This document shows positions 59,469 through 62,167 of a stretch of 62,167 nucleotides of DNA, in pieces. This DNA comes from Thermoplasmata archaeon (GTDB lineage: Archaea > Thermoplasmatota > Thermoplasmata > Lutacidiplasmatales > UBA184). The position numbers were made by a program, and so were the translations under genes. The first letter of the stretch is position 1. Each line of letters starts with the position of its first letter. The stretch lies in assembly GCA_030038655.1 (NCBI GenBank), contig JASHSP010000118.1, forward strand, positions 1 through 62,167, read 5' to 3'. The notes beneath the pieces were generated by a model. The model made no database searches. It was not told where the DNA came from and saw only the letters and a list, made by a program, of their open reading frames with translations.

Positions 59469-61240
59469 CAGGTCTCGCCTCCCAGGAACCGGCGGAGCAG
59501 GGGGTTCATCTCCATCAGCTGCTCGCGGCCCATCGCATCGTAGAGGTTGATGATGATCCCGACGGTCAGGAGCACGCCCGTGCCGCTCGCGTTGCCCAGC
59601 GTACCGATGAGGTCCGCCCCGGCCGCGAGGGACCCGACCGCGGCCCCCGAGATGACCGTGATTACGGGAATGTACCGCTCGAGCACGCGGCGCAGCACGC
59701 GCGGTTCTCTACGGAATCCGGGGATCTGCATTCCCGTGGCCTCGATCTGGCGGGCGACCGCCTCCGGGCCCATGTTGGTCGTCTGGATCCAGAACTTCGC
59801 AAACAGGATCGAGCCGCCGACCATCGCGGAGAAGTAGACGAGGACGTGGACCAGCCCCTGCCACCACGTATGCTTGTACAGGAACGACCCGTACTGGGCG
59901 TAGTTCAGGATCGGCAGCAGCCACGACTCGAGCCCGTTCGGCGTCGAGAGGTAGTACGCTCCGCCGGAGAGCGGCTGCGTCTGGCTCACCCCCATCGCCT
60001 GCGCCGCCGCGGCGCTCGCCGGGTAGGACCCGATCAGCCAGTTGTGCCCGAGCAGGGGGAACGTCGAGAGCGCGGGGTTCGACCAGAGGAGGATCGTGAC
60101 GATGGACACGTTCGCCAGGAGGGCGCTCATCAGGATGACCGGGATGTTGGACGCGTAGATCAGCCGCAACGGGTACCGGCCCCGCGCGCCCCGGGCCTCG
60201 GCGTGCGAGAGCGGGAGCTCGATACGGGTGGACTCGGTCCAAGCGACCAGGAAGAAGATCGCCGCGGTCCCGACGAGCGCGACCACGGGGTTCGGCTGCC
60301 GCAGGAGCACCTGCTCCCAGCCGCCGCCGGCCATCTGGGAGGCGCTGTAGTGGGTGAAGAACCAGAGGGTCTTCGGGATCGTGCCGCTCGGCGGGTTGGC
60401 CGCGGAGATGACCGTGCCCGCCCCGCCCTGCGGGATCCAGTTGAGCGTTCCCTGGATGATCTGCTGCGAGACCCCGGCGGCGATGAACAGCGAGATCCCG
60501 CTGCCGATCCCCCACTTCGAGACGACCTCGTCCATCAGGAAGACGAGGTAGCTGCCGAAGACGAGCTGCGCGATGATGATGGCGTTCGCGAGGAGGAGGC
60601 CGTTCCCGGGGGACGCCGCCCCGAGGCTCGCGACCACCGAGGCGGACGGCGTGAGGTAGCCGAACACCTGGGGGACGGCCTCCACGAAGATCATCGCGAT
60701 GACGAGGACCTTCTGGGTCCCCTGGTAGGTCCCCTTGTCCTGGTCGTCCGTCAGGTCGAGGTTGATGATCTTCGCGCCCGTGAACAGCTGCATGATGATC
60801 GACCCGGTGACGATCGGGCCGATCCCGAGGTGCATGAGCGTCCCCTGCGCCCCGGCGAGGATCGCGCGGTAGCTCGCGAACAGGTCGATGACGGTCGACT
60901 GGTCGACGCCGAACAGGTAGACGTTCGCGAGGACGAAGTAGAGCAGCAGGACGGAGATCGTCCAGCCCATCTTCGTGCGGAAATGCACGTGGCCCTTCGG
61001 TTGCGTCACGGCGGGCATCCGGCTCGTCACCGGTTTCAGACCGTACAGCTTGGAGCGCGGGCCGTTGTAGGAGAGCCCGAGGTAGAGGAGGCCGAGGATC
61101 ACCGCGACCGCGATCGCGACCAGGCCGAGCGCCAGGATCGTGGGCCGGTCCCAGAACCAGACGACGGCGAGCGCGAGGGCCCCCAGCACGAGGAGCGGGA
61201 CCGCCCACCGCACGTCGCGCGGGATCTCCTCGTCCGGCAT
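59468..61240 (-). CDS. secY: Preprotein translocase subunit SecY with ~60-aa N-terminal extension
   Basis: The canonical archaeal SecY begins about at LYGLKPVTSRMPAVTQPKGHVHFRTKMGWTISVLLLYFVL and runs through GIGPIVTGSIIMQL to LLRRFLG. The ORF starts 30 nt after the rpl15 stop and adds two extra hydrophobic helices upstream. Confidence 0.92.
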   Translation of the reverse strand: MPDEEIPRDVRWAVPLLVLGALALAVVWFWDRPTILALGLVAIAVAVILGLLYLGLSYNGPRSKLYGLKPVTSRMPAVTQPKGHVHFRTKMGWTISVLLLYFVLANVYLFGVDQSTVIDLFASYRAILAGAQGTLMHLGIGPIVTGSIIMQLFTGAKIINLDLTDDQDKGTYQGTQKVLVIAMIFVEAVPQVFGYLTPSASVVASLGAASPGNGLLLANAIIIAQLVFGSYLVFLMDEVVSKWGIGSGISLFIAAGVSQQIIQGTLNWIPQGGAGTVISAANPPSGTIPKTLWFFTHYSASQMAGGGWEQVLLRQPNPVVALVGTAAIFFLVAWTESTRIELPLSHAEARGARGRYPLRLIYASNIPVILMSALLANVSIVTILLWSNPALSTFPLLGHNWLIGSYPASAAAAQAMGVSQTQPLSGGAYYLSTPNGLESWLLPILNYAQYGSFLYKHTWWQGLVHVLVYFSAMVGGSILFAKFWIQTTNMGPEAVARQIEATGMQIPGFRREPRVLRRVLERYIPVITVISGAAVGSLAAGADLIGTLGNASGTGVLLTVGIIINLYDAMGREQLMEMNPLLRRFLGGET

Positions 61241-61269
61241 GCGTTATCGTCGCGGAGCCGACGGGCGGA

Positions 61270-61716
61270 TTATATAGTCTTTGGAGCGGCGGGAGGCTCA
61301 GCGCCCGCCGGCGCGACGACCGTGACCTTCTCGCGGGCGTGCCGGGAGGCGTACCCGACGACGACCTTCCAGGGGCGGCCCGTCGAGCCGCCTCCCAGCA
61401 GGCGGTCCACGCCCGACTTCGTGAGGTCGGCGACGAACGTGTCCCCCTCACGGGTCAGGGCCCCCGCCGCCTCGAGGAACGGGACCAGCGCGTCCAGCTC
61501 CCCGACGTTCACGGCGGTCGGCCGCTCGACGACCTGACGGGGCCGCGAGAACCCGTGCCGGCCGAAGTGGTCCGGGGCGTAGATCAGCATCGACTTGAAC
61601 TTGTACTTGTGCAGCCCGGCGTTCCCGCGTCCGCCCTGCTTGCCCGCGCCGCGGCCGGCCTTCATCCCCCGCCCGTGGTTCCTCAGCCCCCGGAACTTCT
61701 TCGTTCGACTCGGCAT
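61270..61716 (-). CDS. rpl15: 50S ribosomal protein L15 (uL15)
   Basis: The sequence begins MPSRTKKFRGLRNHGRGMKAGRGAGKQGGRGNAGLHKYKF... Confidence 0.95.
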   Translation of the reverse strand: MPSRTKKFRGLRNHGRGMKAGRGAGKQGGRGNAGLHKYKFKSMLIYAPDHFGRHGFSRPRQVVERPTAVNVGELDALVPFLEAAGALTREGDTFVADLTKSGVDRLLGGGSTGRPWKVVVGYASRHAREKVTVVAPAGAEPPAAPKTI

Positions 61717-61723
61717 CGTCCCT

Positions 61724-62167
61724 CTACATCATCCGGCGGACCAGGTCGTTGACGGTCCGCCCACGGTAGCCGAGCGCGCCGCCCAGCGCGAACGACTTCT
61801 TCGTCGACCGCCACCCGCCGTTCGGCGCCCGCAGGCGGAACAGCGGCTTCAACCCCGGGACCTTCGGAAGGCCGCGTTCCGTGACCGTCTTCGCGAGCTC
61901 GTCCAGGTCCTTCGCGCGGATCTCCTCCCCGAGGCTCTCGGGCGAGACCCGCTTCCCGTCGACCGTCTCGCCGCGCTCGGTGAGCAGGAGGCCGACCGTC
62001 TGGGGGTCCGCCTCGCCCCACGTGACGTACCCCTGGACCTTCGTGAGCATCCCCCGGTACGACGGTTCCTCGGGAAGGACCGTGACGTGGTTCGGCCGGG
62101 TCAGGTGCAGGAACCGGAGCGTGTCGACGATGTCCGCCCGGGCGTGGATCGAACCCCGGACCCGCAC
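61724..62167 (-). CDS. rpl30: 50S ribosomal protein L30 (uL30), 5' end cut by the window edge
   Basis: The ORF is open to the right edge. The sequence (V)RVRGSIHARADIVDTLRFLHLTRPNHVTVLPE...YRGMLTKVQGYVTWGE is the archaeal L30 pattern. Only a few N-terminal residues should be missing. Confidence 0.92.
   Translation of the reverse strand: MRVRGSIHARADIVDTLRFLHLTRPNHVTVLPEEPSYRGMLTKVQGYVTWGEADPQTVGLLLTERGETVDGKRVSPESLGEEIRAKDLDELAKTVTERGLPKVPGLKPLFRLRAPNGGWRSTKKSFALGGALGYRGRTVNDLVRRMM

Noticed and set aside
59709-61537. ORFs 59709-61451 (580 aa) and 59846-61537 (563 aa) overlapping secY and rpl15
   Set aside because: They are out of frame or antisense to unmistakable SecY and L15 sequences, and their composition is junk-like.
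1-62167. CRISPR arrays, rRNA genes, inteins, and selenocysteine or pyrrolysine recoding
   Set aside because: No regularly spaced 25-40-nt repeats were seen anywhere. No rRNA-like conserved stretches were seen. Housekeeping proteins (SecY, aIF2-gamma, PCNA, PheRS, CysRS) have normal lengths without insertions. No in-frame TGA or TAG is needed to complete any recognisable gene.

Overview
This 62,167-bp window is a very GC-rich, gene-dense fragment that reads as an archaeal chromosome. I call about 65 protein genes and one intron-containing tRNA. I found no rRNA, no CRISPR array and no recognisable integrase or transposase.

Archaeal hallmark genes:
- SRP54, Pth2, TFB, PCNA, aIF2-gamma, and ribosomal proteins S2, S6e, L15 and L30.
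- A translationally coupled L30-L15-SecY-DUF106(YidC-like)-Cmk-Cbf5 operon.
- Two-subunit PheRS, CysRS, PurP, phosphopantothenate synthetase, a Sec11-type signal peptidase and an A24 prepilin/preflagellin peptidase.

Metabolic genes:
- A split methylmalonyl-CoA mutase set: large subunit plus epimerase at 11.8-13.9 kb, and B12 subunit plus MeaB at 40.9-42.3 kb.
- Enolase, acyl-CoA dehydrogenase, thiolase, NadB, PRPP synthetase and a GltD-like oxidoreductase.

Envelope genes:
- An S53 sedolisin, an SBP-like repeat glycoprotein, an MMPL transporter, an ABC-2 exporter and a small glycosylation cluster.

Because of the high G+C, every frame carries very long spurious ORFs (up to 1273 aa). I kept only frames whose translations look protein-like. 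Several starts were moved to internal ATG/GTG/TTG codons using neighbouring stops, TATA-like boxes and family N-termini.

Most notable observations:
1. A ~3.8-kb low-G+C, ORF-sparse island (about 17.1-20.9 kb) lies between a TrmB-like regulator and tfb. It carries unrecognisable membrane proteins and is edged by arrays of a TARAATCMC-type motif.
2. A tRNA-Ser(GGA) is interrupted by a ~33-nt intron inside the T-loop.
3. A 457-aa protein is built from two Cas4-like PD-(D/E)XK modules, the second catalytically degenerate.
4. SecY has an extra N-terminal two-helix extension, and the operon lacks adk.

I did not find a convincing multi-gene defence or mobile system. The items above are leads, not demonstrations. 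Lineage is inference only: an uncultivated euryarchaeote, possibly Thermoplasmatota-like.
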